64,000 bases of DNA, taken from assembly GCA_051003195.1 (NCBI GenBank), contig JBPCLP010000058.1:39408-103407 (forward strand), written 5' to 3'. The notes under the pieces are model-generated. The model did no database searches, was not told the origin of the DNA, and worked only from the letters and a program-made list of their open reading frames with translations. A program made the position numbers and the translations under genes. Positions 36,723 to 46,542 of this stretch are shown here, one piece after another; the stretch's first letter is position 1; each line of letters starts with the position of its first letter. Source of the DNA: Candidatus Sumerlaeaceae bacterium (GTDB lineage Bacteria > Sumerlaeota > Sumerlaeia > Sumerlaeales > Sumerlaeaceae).

Positions 36723-37976
36723 CTACTTTCGCAACCGCAGCGTCACGCGGTCCGTCTGCAGAATCGTTTTCCCAACCAGCGGTTCTTGAGCGACTACTGT
36801 ACCGTCTGCCTGGCCCGGCGGCTCAGTCACGATCTCTGTCATCCCCAGTCGCGATAGCGCCGCCTTCGCCTCACCGAACGTAACCCCGGTCACGTTGGGC
36901 ATGGTAAGACCTTTACCGGGCGGGCCGGAGCTAACAAGCAGGTCCACCTTGGTGGGCTCATCCAATCCCGTATTTGCCGCGGGCTGTTGGCTGATGATTG
37001 CTTCCTTCGGAACACTGGCATCTTCCATTCGAAGCTCGGTCCCGACCTCCAGGTTCGCGCCCCGGATCTTGTTCCTCGCGTTCTCAACGCTTTCGCCAAC
37101 AACATTGGGTACAGTGAACTTAGAACGCCCACTGCTGATTACAACACCTACCGCGCGCCCCTGCTTGAACATGCTGCCGGCGGGCGGCGACTGCTCCACG
37201 ATCTCACCCGGCGCAACCAGGCCGCTCGATTCGCTGCGGACTTTGACCATGCCGAGTTTCTTATCCGAGAGCACTTCGAAGGCCTCGGCGATTTTCATCC
37301 CACGCACATTCGGGACAGTCACTTCCGGGGTTTTAATATACCACCAGAGAATTGCATATCCGAGGCCCACCCCCAGTGCCAGCACCAGGGCGGTAAAAAA
37401 CACCATCTTGAAAATCAGCCAGACGAATCCAAAGAATAACGAGAAAGGGCCGTAGGTCGGAACGGTCGAGCGGGCGGTCTGCCTGCGCCGGATGTCCGGC
37501 AGGCGCTGGCGAGCTGAACGGGGCGGACCCGCAGCACCGGACCCGAATGCACTTCCGGCTTTGGGATTAACGCGCAGCCGGATTGTGTCACCACCTCCGC
37601 CCGGAGTCGGAGCCGCATTGGGACGAAGCGCGCTTGTACCACCGCCTGTGCCGGTGACGCGGACAGGCCCCAAGGCAGGCTTGGCGGATGGTGTCGCCGA
37701 CGCGGGAAATGCGCTGACAGCCTGTCCTTTTTCGCCCGCCGTTGGTTTGTCCTCAGTCGCAGCGGGCGGGGATATCTTTCCGACCACAACATCCGCTTTA
37801 GACGCTGCTTCCGGGCCGATGCTCTCTTTTCCGTTCGTCTTGCTCTGCGGCACAAAAGAGCGCGGCTGCGACGGAATGGCGCCTGCCGAACTTCCTGCAG
37901 CAGGCATGTTCGAAGTCGGCGGAATGTCAGATTTCGCATCGTCCGTTCCGCTTTTCCTGTCTTCGGGGTCAGCCAT
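36723..37976 (-). CDS. Membrane-anchored PASTA-domain protein (three PASTA domains, no kinase or PBP domain)
   Basis: Disordered N-terminus, TM segment, three repeats starting VPNVRG / VPNVVG / MPNVTG, each with Q.P motifs. Confidence 0.88.
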   Translation of the reverse strand: MADPEDRKSGTDDAKSDIPPTSNMPAAGSSAGAIPSQPRSFVPQSKTNGKESIGPEAASKADVVVGKISPPAATEDKPTAGEKGQAVSAFPASATPSAKPALGPVRVTGTGGGTSALRPNAAPTPGGGGDTIRLRVNPKAGSAFGSGAAGPPRSARQRLPDIRRRQTARSTVPTYGPFSLFFGFVWLIFKMVFFTALVLALGVGLGYAILWWYIKTPEVTVPNVRGMKIAEAFEVLSDKKLGMVKVRSESSGLVAPGEIVEQSPPAGSMFKQGRAVGVVISSGRSKFTVPNVVGESVENARNKIRGANLEVGTELRMEDASVPKEAIISQQPAANTGLDEPTKVDLLVSSGPPGKGLTMPNVTGVTFGEAKAALSRLGMTEIVTEPPGQADGTVVAQEPLVGKTILQTDRVTLRLRK

Positions 37977-38045
37977 GATAATTCCAATCCCGCTTTGCGA
38001 AAGCGCAGTTCAAGCCGCAAACACCTCGGAGCGTCTGTGTCAGAG

Positions 38046-39104
38046 TCATCCTTTTACACCACCCATGGTCAGGCCCTTCGTCAGGTGCTTCTGAAAAAGA
38101 AAGAAGACGATGATCATTGGAAAGCTGGCAAGCAGCGCGGCGCTCATTACAACGCCCACGTTTCGGGGACCGGCACTGAACTGCAGTGTTTTCAACCCGA
38201 CTTCCAGCATGTACCGGTTCTGGTCATTGGTCACAATAAGTGGCCAGAGAAACGCCTTCCATGCGCCGATGAACGTAAACGTAGCCCAGACCGCGAGTAC
38301 GGGTTTGCTGAGCGGAAGGATGATGCGGGCGAATATGCCAGGTTCGGAGCAGCCGTCGATGCGCGCCGCCTCCTCCAATGCCGTTGGCAATCCCTGCATG
38401 TACTGCCGCATGAGGAAGATTCCGACGGGCGCCGCCACCTGCGGCAGGACAATACTCCATAAACTGTCGTGCCAGCCGAGACCGCGCGTCACGAGCAGGA
38501 ACAGCGGAATAATGGTGACCTGCCCCGGAATCATGATACTCGCCAGGATAGCCCAGAAAATCCAGTTGCGGCCAGGGAAGGGGAGCTTCGCAAAAGCATA
38601 GCCGGCCATTGCATTGAGCAGCACGCTCAGAAAGGTCACCACCAGTGCGATGACAAGCGTGTTCTCAAACCAGAGGATCAGCCGTCCGGCTTTCAGGGGC
38701 TTTCCAGCCATTGCAGGCGCCGCGTCTCCGAGAAGCCAGTGATGAATTGGCGCCGCCCGGAACTCGTCGGTGCGCATCGTGGTGATATCGAACAATCCAT
38801 TTTTGCCGTCCGAACTGGCGAAATTCTCCGTCGTTAGGTACGTCGAGGTCCAGCTCTTGAATTCGCGGGAATCACTGATAGTCTTCAGGCCAAACGCCCG
38901 AAACATCCCCTGCATCGGTACGCGCGTCTGCAATTCCGATTGGGGCGCGAAAGCCCCAAGCGTCATCCATAGCATCGGGACAAATAGCAACAACGCCAGC
39001 AAAGTGAGCAGCAGGTAGAGCCCTGCCTTCGCTCCGCTGGTCATAACGACGCCATTCCAGACAGCGACCGCGTAGGATAGAAGATGAGTGACGAAATAAT
39101 CCAT
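38046..39104 (-). CDS. Carbohydrate ABC transporter permease (MalG-like)
   Basis: MAGYAFAKL.FPGR, MIPGQVTIIP, LEEAARIDG (EAA loop), FLWPLIV, FQKHL. Confidence 0.92.
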   Translation of the reverse strand: MDYFVTHLLSYAVAVWNGVVMTSGAKAGLYLLLTLLALLLFVPMLWMTLGAFAPQSELQTRVPMQGMFRAFGLKTISDSREFKSWTSTYLTTENFASSDGKNGLFDITTMRTDEFRAAPIHHWLLGDAAPAMAGKPLKAGRLILWFENTLVIALVVTFLSVLLNAMAGYAFAKLPFPGRNWIFWAILASIMIPGQVTIIPLFLLVTRGLGWHDSLWSIVLPQVAAPVGIFLMRQYMQGLPTALEEAARIDGCSEPGIFARIILPLSKPVLAVWATFTFIGAWKAFLWPLIVTNDQNRYMLEVGLKTLQFSAGPRNVGVVMSAALLASFPMIIVFFLFQKHLTKGLTMGGVKG

Positions 39105-39363
39105 AGAAGCCGGCGTGCCGCCGGTGCGCTCCAGTGCGCAAACGCGGTGCCACCAGCGCTTAGGATCATTTTAAGGCCTCACACAGCACTGCACAGTTTA
39201 GAAAAGAAGTCTCAGTAACTGCGCGGAAAACAAGCATGTGTATCTGTTGTCGACGCGGTGGCCGGCAGTAAACCCCAAAGATGACCGATGCCAGCAACAC
39301 CAGAATCTGCTGTAACTGGGCAAGTTTCGAACACTCACCCCATGGTCAATTGGCGAACACACT

Positions 39364-39458
39364 GGTGTGCCGAATCAGAAGTTCCTACCCAGTTTGAGCG
39401 CGGAAGATGAGCTCGATTCGGCACCCAAGACCAGTGAACGAATTAATGGGACACACCC
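39364..39458 (+). repeat. Dispersed palindromic repeat, copy 1
   Basis: GTGCCGAATC...GATTCGGCAC stem; very similar to 51761-51855 and related to 57734-57824. Confidence 0.8.
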
Positions 39459-39487
39459 TTGGCTGTCGATGTTTTCCCTAGGCTCGA

Positions 39488-41002
39488 TCACTCCTCAGAG
39501 GGCTCTGCCGGTTTTTTCTTCGGCTTCTTTGCGGCCTCCAGCTTTTCCGCTACCGGCTCCGCATTCTTCACAGGCAGGTACTTCGCCAGTTGCTTTTTCA
39601 CATCGGCAAACTCCGGCTTCGCTGCCACGTTGGTCCATTCGTTCCGGTCCGTCTTTTGGTTATACAGCTCCTCGGTGCCATCGGCATAATGGATATACCG
39701 CCAGTCCTCCGTCAACAGCGTGTGATTGCCGCGATGCATCGTGCACAGGCTCGGAGTCGTCCACTCGGCTTTCGGGTTTTTAAGCAGCGGCTTGATGCTC
39801 AGGCCTTCCACATGGTTGGGCACCGAAGCGCCCGCCAGTTCGCATACGGTCGGGTAAATACTCATCATATCAACAGGTCGGTCGCATTGCGATCCAGCCT
39901 CCGTCATCCCGGGCACCACCCAGATAAACGGCACACGCGTGGCCTCGCTCCACAACGTAACCTTGGCCCAATGCTCTTTTTCGCCGAGATGCCACCCATG
40001 ATCGCCGACAAACACGATGATGGTGTTCTTGTGGTGAGCTGATTTTTCCAGCGCATCGAGCAGGCGGCCCACCTGCGCATCCATGTAACAGACGTTCGCC
40101 AGGTACGCACGCACGCGATCCTTCCACAAACCCAGCCGCTTGATGCGCGCATGCACACCCTCGCTGGCGCCGCTGGTCGTGGCAAAGTCTTTCCCCTGCT
40201 GCGGCACATCGTCCAGGTCGGTTTCGAGAATCTTAGGCAGTTTAATCGACTCCAGCGGAAACCGGTCGAAGTACTTCTTCGGCACATCAAATGGCGTGTG
40301 AGGACGGTGTATACCGCAGGCCATGAAGAACGGCGCGTTCGCATCGCCCAGCCGATCGATGCACCAGGATACGCTTTGCGCGTCCACGAGTTTACTCTCG
40401 GCACGCTTCTCTTCGGATGGCTTCTGCGGCTCGCCATCCGTGAACATTCGGTACCCGAACGGGCCTGGTGAGCGTTTCGCCGGGTGCTTCGGCAAAGTAT
40501 CATCGGTTGGGAAAACTACCTTATCCCACTCAGCTTCCCGGTACTGTTTGTAGTGGTAGATCTTTCCCGCACCCAGCGATTGGTAACCAACTGTTCGAAT
40601 GTAATCGTTGAGGCACTTGCCGGGTCCGATATGCGGCATCCAGGGTTGCTGGTTATGGTAGATACCCGTGGTGGAAGGGCGCATCCCACTCAGGAAGGCC
40701 GTGCGCGACGGGTTGCATAATGGCGCTGCGCATTGCGCATTGCGAAACATCATCCCCTTCGACGCCAGCTTATCCAGATTCGGCGTCTGGGTCTGCGGAT
40801 GTCCACCCATTGGCCCGATCCAGTCGTTCAGGTCGTCCGAGATGATGAGCAGAATGTTGGGCTTTGAGCTGGTGGTATTGTCCGCGCAGCGACTCGCGGT
40901 GGGAAAAAACAGTGTGAAGGCGGCGAGAATGAATGCTGCGCATCTGCAATCAGAGTGAGGCATCGAAAGCCTTTCGAGTTTCATGGAGTAAATGAAGTGC
41001 AT
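39488..41002 (-). CDS. Sulfatase (S1, iduronate/choline-sulfatase-like), exported
   Basis: KPNILLIISDDL, CNPSR (CxPxR), GKIYH, RPHTP, GDHGWHLGEK. Start may be a later ATG. Confidence 0.93.
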   Translation of the reverse strand: MHFIYSMKLERLSMPHSDCRCAAFILAAFTLFFPTASRCADNTTSSKPNILLIISDDLNDWIGPMGGHPQTQTPNLDKLASKGMMFRNAQCAAPLCNPSRTAFLSGMRPSTTGIYHNQQPWMPHIGPGKCLNDYIRTVGYQSLGAGKIYHYKQYREAEWDKVVFPTDDTLPKHPAKRSPGPFGYRMFTDGEPQKPSEEKRAESKLVDAQSVSWCIDRLGDANAPFFMACGIHRPHTPFDVPKKYFDRFPLESIKLPKILETDLDDVPQQGKDFATTSGASEGVHARIKRLGLWKDRVRAYLANVCYMDAQVGRLLDALEKSAHHKNTIIVFVGDHGWHLGEKEHWAKVTLWSEATRVPFIWVVPGMTEAGSQCDRPVDMMSIYPTVCELAGASVPNHVEGLSIKPLLKNPKAEWTTPSLCTMHRGNHTLLTEDWRYIHYADGTEELYNQKTDRNEWTNVAAKPEFADVKKQLAKYLPVKNAEPVAEKLEAAKKPKKKPAEPSEE

Positions 41003-41070
41003 TGCTGAAAGTCGGAAGTTTGGTCAACGCGGGCTTGGGTAAACGTAAAAGATCCGGTGCTCAAAACCGC

Positions 41071-43278
41071 CTATTCGTACAGTGGCCAGTCGGTGGCGGC
41101 GGTTTGAATCTTAAAAAGCACTGTGGTCAGTGTCGCGGGCTCAAGCGCGAGGTCCAAAGTTCCAAGGTTCGTCCCATTCAAAGACGTCTCGACCCAGTTC
41201 ACCTCGTTCCGCGGTCCGCCGGGGCGATTTCCCGAATAATTGCCCGCACTTAGATTGGTGGTGCCTGCGAGGCTTTTCAATGTGAAGCGTCGCACGCTGC
41301 TATTGGACGCATTCTGAATCGCCAGCGACACGGTCGTCGAATCGGCGTGCTGAAAGTTCAGCGCCCATACGGCCACATCCCCGTTTGTGGAATTGCGTGT
41401 GATGTACACACGCACGCGGCTGCCGTCCGTATACGCGTCCAGTAATGTGTTACCCATGGAATCCCGCATTTTTTCGTAAGCCAGCGTGACCGGATACTTG
41501 GTCCCGAATTCCGCATCGTTGATCCAGATCCAGTAGTGCGACGCTATCAGACCCAGTCGAGCGTATGTAAACACGGTCTCGACTGAACCGATGGCGTGCG
41601 CCATTTCGCCTTCCTTTTGGGTTTCGTTGTAATCCCAGTCACTGACATTTACTTCACTGGCGACCATCTCGATGGTGTTCGGGTTGCGCCCTCCTGCGGT
41701 CAGCGCGTCACGAATGTCCTGCCATCGGTCATACTGATGGTTGTAAACTCCACTGAGGTATTCCTGCGCCGCAACACCGGCGACGTCGCCAAGGTCCTGG
41801 TAAGGATGGTAAGCAATAAAATCAATTGGGATCGCCGGGTCGGATGCTAGCGCAATGATATGATCCGCGCGCGTACCCGAGCCATCTACCACACACGGGC
41901 CGACTTTTATTGTCGGATCCTCGGCCTTCATCGCCTGCGCGATCACTTTGTAACGGGCAGCGTAAGTCGCAGCGTTCATCGTAAACCCATTGCTCACACC
42001 GACTCCACCACTAACGGAGATGGTCGGTTCGTTTCCGATTTCCCAGTATTTGACCTTTGCAACGGCCTGCTCACCCGGCGTCAGCAGTTTGTTGAAGTTG
42101 TCGCCGGGTGTGGCGGAGCTCCATACCAGCGAGTTGACAATGGCCTGGTCGCGTGAGTCGCTGATGGTATCGCCCTGGCGGTAGGTTTGCACGATGTAAT
42201 TGGTGTAGTGAACCCAGTCTGCCGCCATGTTCGCCAGCGTCAGAGTGTCGGAAGTGTAGTAGCGCACTTTTCCGATTGTTACCGGATCGTATTCGACCAG
42301 CCCGCGGCTGTTTGCCGTCACAAAAAGTTCCGCCTTGTAGTCGCGTGCCCATCGCATGAACTCCAGCGTGGTGTTTCGTGCCTGCGTGTCGTCCGTATAA
42401 GACCCGTGGTATGTGCTCACGCGCGTACGCCAGTCGTATAAGTCAGCATATAAGCCGCCAGCCACGCCACGGGTTGAGCTGCCAGCCAGCGCGTTCAGGG
42501 ACCCGGGAATTCCGACATAAGTCTGTATGCTGTCCACCGGGGTGTCGGATAGCGCAATACCCCGCACACCCGGGTTGAACGAGGTACCGGTGCCTTTGGC
42601 ATCGATCACATGCCGGGCAGGAGTTGACGGAGTTCCGTAATGACCGCGCAACGGGCTGCCCCAATTTGTCTGGTTTGGGTTTTTCCCGCAGTAGTACACG
42701 ACCGTGTCGGAAGTGTAATCATTACTCTGGTACCCGATTCCGCCCCCCGTGTCGTTTCCATTGCGCACAATACCGGGTGCTGCCTTGGTGCCATAGTCGG
42801 TTTGGGAAAACGAAGTGCCCGCGAAGAACGTTGCGCGACCGCCCGTGTCGTCGTTTGCATAGCCAAGTCGCCAGACCAAAACGCTGGCCGCCGTGCGCAG
42901 GATCAGTTCGTCCGCTGTATTGCCCATGGCCGGCCAGGAGCCGGTAGCGGATACGACCTTCGCGTTAGCCTGGCCAAAAGCCCACTGCGCCTCAAACCTT
43001 GCCTTGTGGCGCGCGAGTATGAGGAAATCCCCCGCAGCGATCGTTACATTGGGAAGGATCGCGGTATCAGCAGTCGCGTCATCGCTGATCTTCCAGCCAT
43101 TCACATTTACAGGCGACGTGCCGAAGTTGCATAGCTCGATCCATTCTTCGACGGCCTCATCGCCGTAAGCTTCGTTCATGAATTCGGTTATGGCGATGGT
43201 GTTCTGCGCTGCCGCAGGTCCACCAATCGCCATCATGGCGCAAGTAAAGATGCATGCAATCGTCCTGCTGATGTTCAT
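41071..43278 (-). CDS. Secreted lamin-tail-domain + clan GH-A glycoside hydrolase (GH44/51/79-like)
   Basis: Signal peptide, ITEFM...EWIEL.N.G...VNVNGWKI.D (LTD), YWEIGNEP, DFIAYHPY, SEVN, C-terminal beta-sandwich, terminal TAATDWPLYE. Confidence 0.78.
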   Translation of the reverse strand: MNISRTIACIFTCAMMAIGGPAAAQNTIAITEFMNEAYGDEAVEEWIELCNFGTSPVNVNGWKISDDATADTAILPNVTIAAGDFLILARHKARFEAQWAFGQANAKVVSATGSWPAMGNTADELILRTAASVLVWRLGYANDDTGGRATFFAGTSFSQTDYGTKAAPGIVRNGNDTGGGIGYQSNDYTSDTVVYYCGKNPNQTNWGSPLRGHYGTPSTPARHVIDAKGTGTSFNPGVRGIALSDTPVDSIQTYVGIPGSLNALAGSSTRGVAGGLYADLYDWRTRVSTYHGSYTDDTQARNTTLEFMRWARDYKAELFVTANSRGLVEYDPVTIGKVRYYTSDTLTLANMAADWVHYTNYIVQTYRQGDTISDSRDQAIVNSLVWSSATPGDNFNKLLTPGEQAVAKVKYWEIGNEPTISVSGGVGVSNGFTMNAATYAARYKVIAQAMKAEDPTIKVGPCVVDGSGTRADHIIALASDPAIPIDFIAYHPYQDLGDVAGVAAQEYLSGVYNHQYDRWQDIRDALTAGGRNPNTIEMVASEVNVSDWDYNETQKEGEMAHAIGSVETVFTYARLGLIASHYWIWINDAEFGTKYPVTLAYEKMRDSMGNTLLDAYTDGSRVRVYITRNSTNGDVAVWALNFQHADSTTVSLAIQNASNSSVRRFTLKSLAGTTNLSAGNYSGNRPGGPRNEVNWVETSLNGTNLGTLDLALEPATLTTVLFKIQTAATDWPLYE

Positions 43279-43447
43279 TCGGGAGCCTTCTTGAGTGTCG
43301 CTGGCCTGATGTTAGAACAACCAGAATCCGTGCAAGGAAGACAAATTTCAAGGGCCGAAGTAATTCCGCCAATCAATCCGGGCTGCGGATTTCGCGGGTG
43401 GCACAGTGGATCGTGTAGCTCAGTTACACCGTTCGCATGCACGTCAG

Positions 43448-46400
43448 TTACCCGGTGCTCTGCATCCCCGCCGCGATTCCAGTGATACTTAGCAGTATCG
43501 CTTCATGCCAGGGGCTCTTGGGGCCTGCTTCTTCCGGCGGCTGCGCTTCCCATAGTTGCATCAGCGCAACCTGCAGCATGTTGAGGGGCAGCACCGCCGG
43601 GTTGCGGAGCTGGACCGTTCGCTGAACAATAGGCGAGTTATCGAGCAGCCGTTTTTGCTGCGTGATTTCCAGGACCCATCTGCACGAGCGCTGGTACTCA
43701 TTTACGATGTCGGTGTGGAACCTTTGGCCCAGTTCCGCAGGCTCCACGCGTGCGGCATAGCGCTCGGCCGTGGAGAGATTGGTGCGTACCAGTTCCAGTT
43801 GCGCATTATCGACAACCGTACGGAAGAATGGCCAGTCGCGATACATGGCGCGCAGCGTCTCTACGTTTTTGGGATCACGCTTCGCGAAGTCTTCCAGGCC
43901 GGCGCCGAGGCCATACCATCCGGGTACAACGTACCGCGCCTGCACCCAGGCGAATACCCAGGGTATCGCGCGCAGTTCTTCCAGCCCGGAGAGTTTGCCG
44001 CCTCCGCGCATCGCGGGACGCGATGTAATCGGCAGGCGGCTGATGTGCGCGATTGGTGTCGCGCGCGTATAAAAATCCCAGAACTCAGGGTCCTCATGTA
44101 CCATGTTGCGATAAACGGTGCGCGAGTGTGCCGCCATCTCGGCCATCGCCGGACCATAGAGGTCGTGACTGCGGGCTTGACCCACATCCGAGCCGCCTTC
44201 AGCGAGCGCGAGCAGCACCGAGTTCACGATCTGTTCAAGATGCCGGTGCGCCATCGGCCGCAAGCCGTAGCGGAACGATACCACTTCACCTTGTTCGGTA
44301 AACCGGATGCGACCCGTAAAGCTTCCACGCGGCTGCGAGAGAATTGCACGGCTGGCGCGCCCTCCGCCACGGCCCACGGTTCCGCCGCGACCATGGAAAA
44401 TGCGGAAGTCCACGTTGGCTGCGCGACAAGCCGCCGCAAGACGATCCTGCGTGTCCTGAAGGTTCCAGTTTGCGGCGAGGTATCCGCCGTCTTTCGAGCT
44501 GTCGGAGTATCCAAGCATCAGCTCCTGGAAATTGTTTCGCGCGCGAAGATGAAGCTGGAACGTGGAGTCTTCAAACAGCTCGTTCAGCAGCTGATCGCAA
44601 TGCTGGAGATCTTCGATGGTTTCAAACAACGGCACAATATCCAGGTCACTTTCGAGCACCATGGCTTCGGTGTTTGTGCCCTGCTGCGGCGTTCCGGATG
44701 CCGCAGCCGTCCGCCAGCGCACAAGGCCCGCTTCCTTTGCGAGCACCAGCACTTCAAGCATGTCGCTGACATCGTGCGTCATGCTGATGATGTAACAGTT
44801 CACAGAACGATCGGAAAGATAACGACGTGCGTGGCGAATGACCTGGAAAACCTCGAGCGCCAGGCGGGCTGACTCGGATCCAGCCCAGTCGCGCGGAAGC
44901 AGCGGGCGCGGCGACCGCAGCTCTTTTGCGAGCACAGCAAGCTTCTCGTCTTCCGGCAATTCGCTATAGGGCGTGTCGCCCGGCGCGAAAACGCCGGCGG
45001 CGGTAAACAGCTCGTCGAGAACTTTTGCGTGTTCGCGGCTGTGCTGCCGCACATCAAGCGAAGCCAGGTGAAATCCGAACGTGCGCGCTTGCACGATGAG
45101 GTGCGGCAGATCTCCTTCCATGCCAAGCAGGGATGCACGTCCTTTCAACATGCTGGAACGCAGCAACTCCAGGTCCGCGACGAATTCCTCGTCGCGGGCA
45201 TACGCCGGCGGCTGCGCGAGAAAGCTGGAAGCTTCATCGCGGAAATCGGCAAGACCGTCGAGGTGGCGGAGCGTTGCACGCAGGCGGTACTCAATATACG
45301 TAAGCTTGTGCGCATACGGTTGCAGTTCGAACCGCTCGAGTTCGTCGGATGAAAGGCTAATGATCCGGGCATCGCTTTGCAGCGACTCCTGCAGTTCGTC
45401 GCTTATCGGCAGCAGTCGGGAACTTAGTGACAGTTCCCGGCGCAACTCGTCGACGCGCACCAGGTAATTGCCGAGTATCACGCGCTTGTGGTAAAGCAGC
45501 GTGGACCATGTGATTTCCGGAGTAACGTTTGGGTTGCCGTCGCGATCGCCGCCTACCCAGGAATGGTAGCGCAAAAATGGGCCAATGCGAAACGTGTGAC
45601 CTGGAAACGCATCCGTCAGTGCGTGACGAAGGTCATCATGCAGCCAGGCGACGACATCGAAAATGGTGCGCTGGAAAAAGTAGACGGAATTGTTCACTTC
45701 GTCATTCACGGTGACCCGGCGCCCGCGCAACTCATCGGTATTCCATAATGCGACAAGCTCGCGCAATACGCGCTGATCGGCCGCGCCGCCCGGCAGATCA
45801 AGCGGGCTTTCAAGTCGTCCCGCATCTGAAGGCAGAGCACGCTCGGAGAGCGCGTCCGCTATGTTCATCAGTTTGTCCATCACCGAGCGCCGACGGGCCT
45901 CCGTGGGATGAGCCGTAATTGTCGGGCAGATCTCAACCCGGTCCAGCATCTCCTGCACCTGGGTCGCGGTTTTCCCGTCCGCCTTTAACTTTGCAACCGC
46001 TTGCGCGATCGATTCCGGGCGTAAGGTGCTGCGTGCCGCCTGTCGCTGCCGGTTCGCCCGCACGATCTCCTTCTGCTCGACGACGTTCACCATCTGAAAG
46101 AAAACCGTGAATGCGCGAAGCACTTTCCGCATGATCTGCGGCGATTTCAACGCCGGGTAACGCTCGATAAGATTCGCGCCCGACGGGGCCGGGCTTTCCT
46201 TTGTGGTACCGCCCGGCTGCTTCGGCAGGTGCTCGTCGCTGCCATGCCCGATGTCCGGACTTTGCTTCAGCGCCTCCTGGTAAAGCTCGCGGGCAATGCT
46301 GGACACATCGTCTTCGCGTTCGATTGCCAGCACCTGGCCCAACAGTCGGTCCACTAATGCAATGTCGTCCGCCAGGGCTACGGGAACTCCGTACTGAAGG

Positions 46401-46498
46401 GGCTCAATGCCGAGAAAACCAGGATTGGAAACGAAATTGGCATCCGCTGCTTCTGCGGTTGTCTCGGATGATGCTGTTTTTACTTTATCGACAGGCAT
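43448..46498 (-). CDS. ppc: Phosphoenolpyruvate carboxylase
   Basis: TAHPTE, SWVGGDRDGNP, PLFET, MLGYSDS.KDGG, FHGRGGTVGRGGG, LRAIPW, GIAAGMQSTG. Confidence 0.98.
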   Translation of the reverse strand: MPVDKVKTASSETTAEAADANFVSNPGFLGIEPLQYGVPVALADDIALVDRLLGQVLAIEREDDVSSIARELYQEALKQSPDIGHGSDEHLPKQPGGTTKESPAPSGANLIERYPALKSPQIMRKVLRAFTVFFQMVNVVEQKEIVRANRQRQAARSTLRPESIAQAVAKLKADGKTATQVQEMLDRVEICPTITAHPTEARRRSVMDKLMNIADALSERALPSDAGRLESPLDLPGGAADQRVLRELVALWNTDELRGRRVTVNDEVNNSVYFFQRTIFDVVAWLHDDLRHALTDAFPGHTFRIGPFLRYHSWVGGDRDGNPNVTPEITWSTLLYHKRVILGNYLVRVDELRRELSLSSRLLPISDELQESLQSDARIISLSSDELERFELQPYAHKLTYIEYRLRATLRHLDGLADFRDEASSFLAQPPAYARDEEFVADLELLRSSMLKGRASLLGMEGDLPHLIVQARTFGFHLASLDVRQHSREHAKVLDELFTAAGVFAPGDTPYSELPEDEKLAVLAKELRSPRPLLPRDWAGSESARLALEVFQVIRHARRYLSDRSVNCYIISMTHDVSDMLEVLVLAKEAGLVRWRTAAASGTPQQGTNTEAMVLESDLDIVPLFETIEDLQHCDQLLNELFEDSTFQLHLRARNNFQELMLGYSDSSKDGGYLAANWNLQDTQDRLAAACRAANVDFRIFHGRGGTVGRGGGRASRAILSQPRGSFTGRIRFTEQGEVVSFRYGLRPMAHRHLEQIVNSVLLALAEGGSDVGQARSHDLYGPAMAEMAAHSRTVYRNMVHEDPEFWDFYTRATPIAHISRLPITSRPAMRGGGKLSGLEELRAIPWVFAWVQARYVVPGWYGLGAGLEDFAKRDPKNVETLRAMYRDWPFFRTVVDNAQLELVRTNLSTAERYAARVEPAELGQRFHTDIVNEYQRSCRWVLEITQQKRLLDNSPIVQRTVQLRNPAVLPLNMLQVALMQLWEAQPPEEAGPKSPWHEAILLSITGIAAGMQSTG

Positions 46499-46542
46499 AG
46501 CACTGAAAGCTGCGGTGCGCGTTGCGTCGATGACAAGGGGTT

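Noticed and set aside
43556..44872. 438-aa plus-strand ORF
   Set aside because: Antisense shadow of ppc with no recognisable motifs. The same applies to the many other antisense ORFs over uvrA, korAB, mutS and the GGDEF gene.
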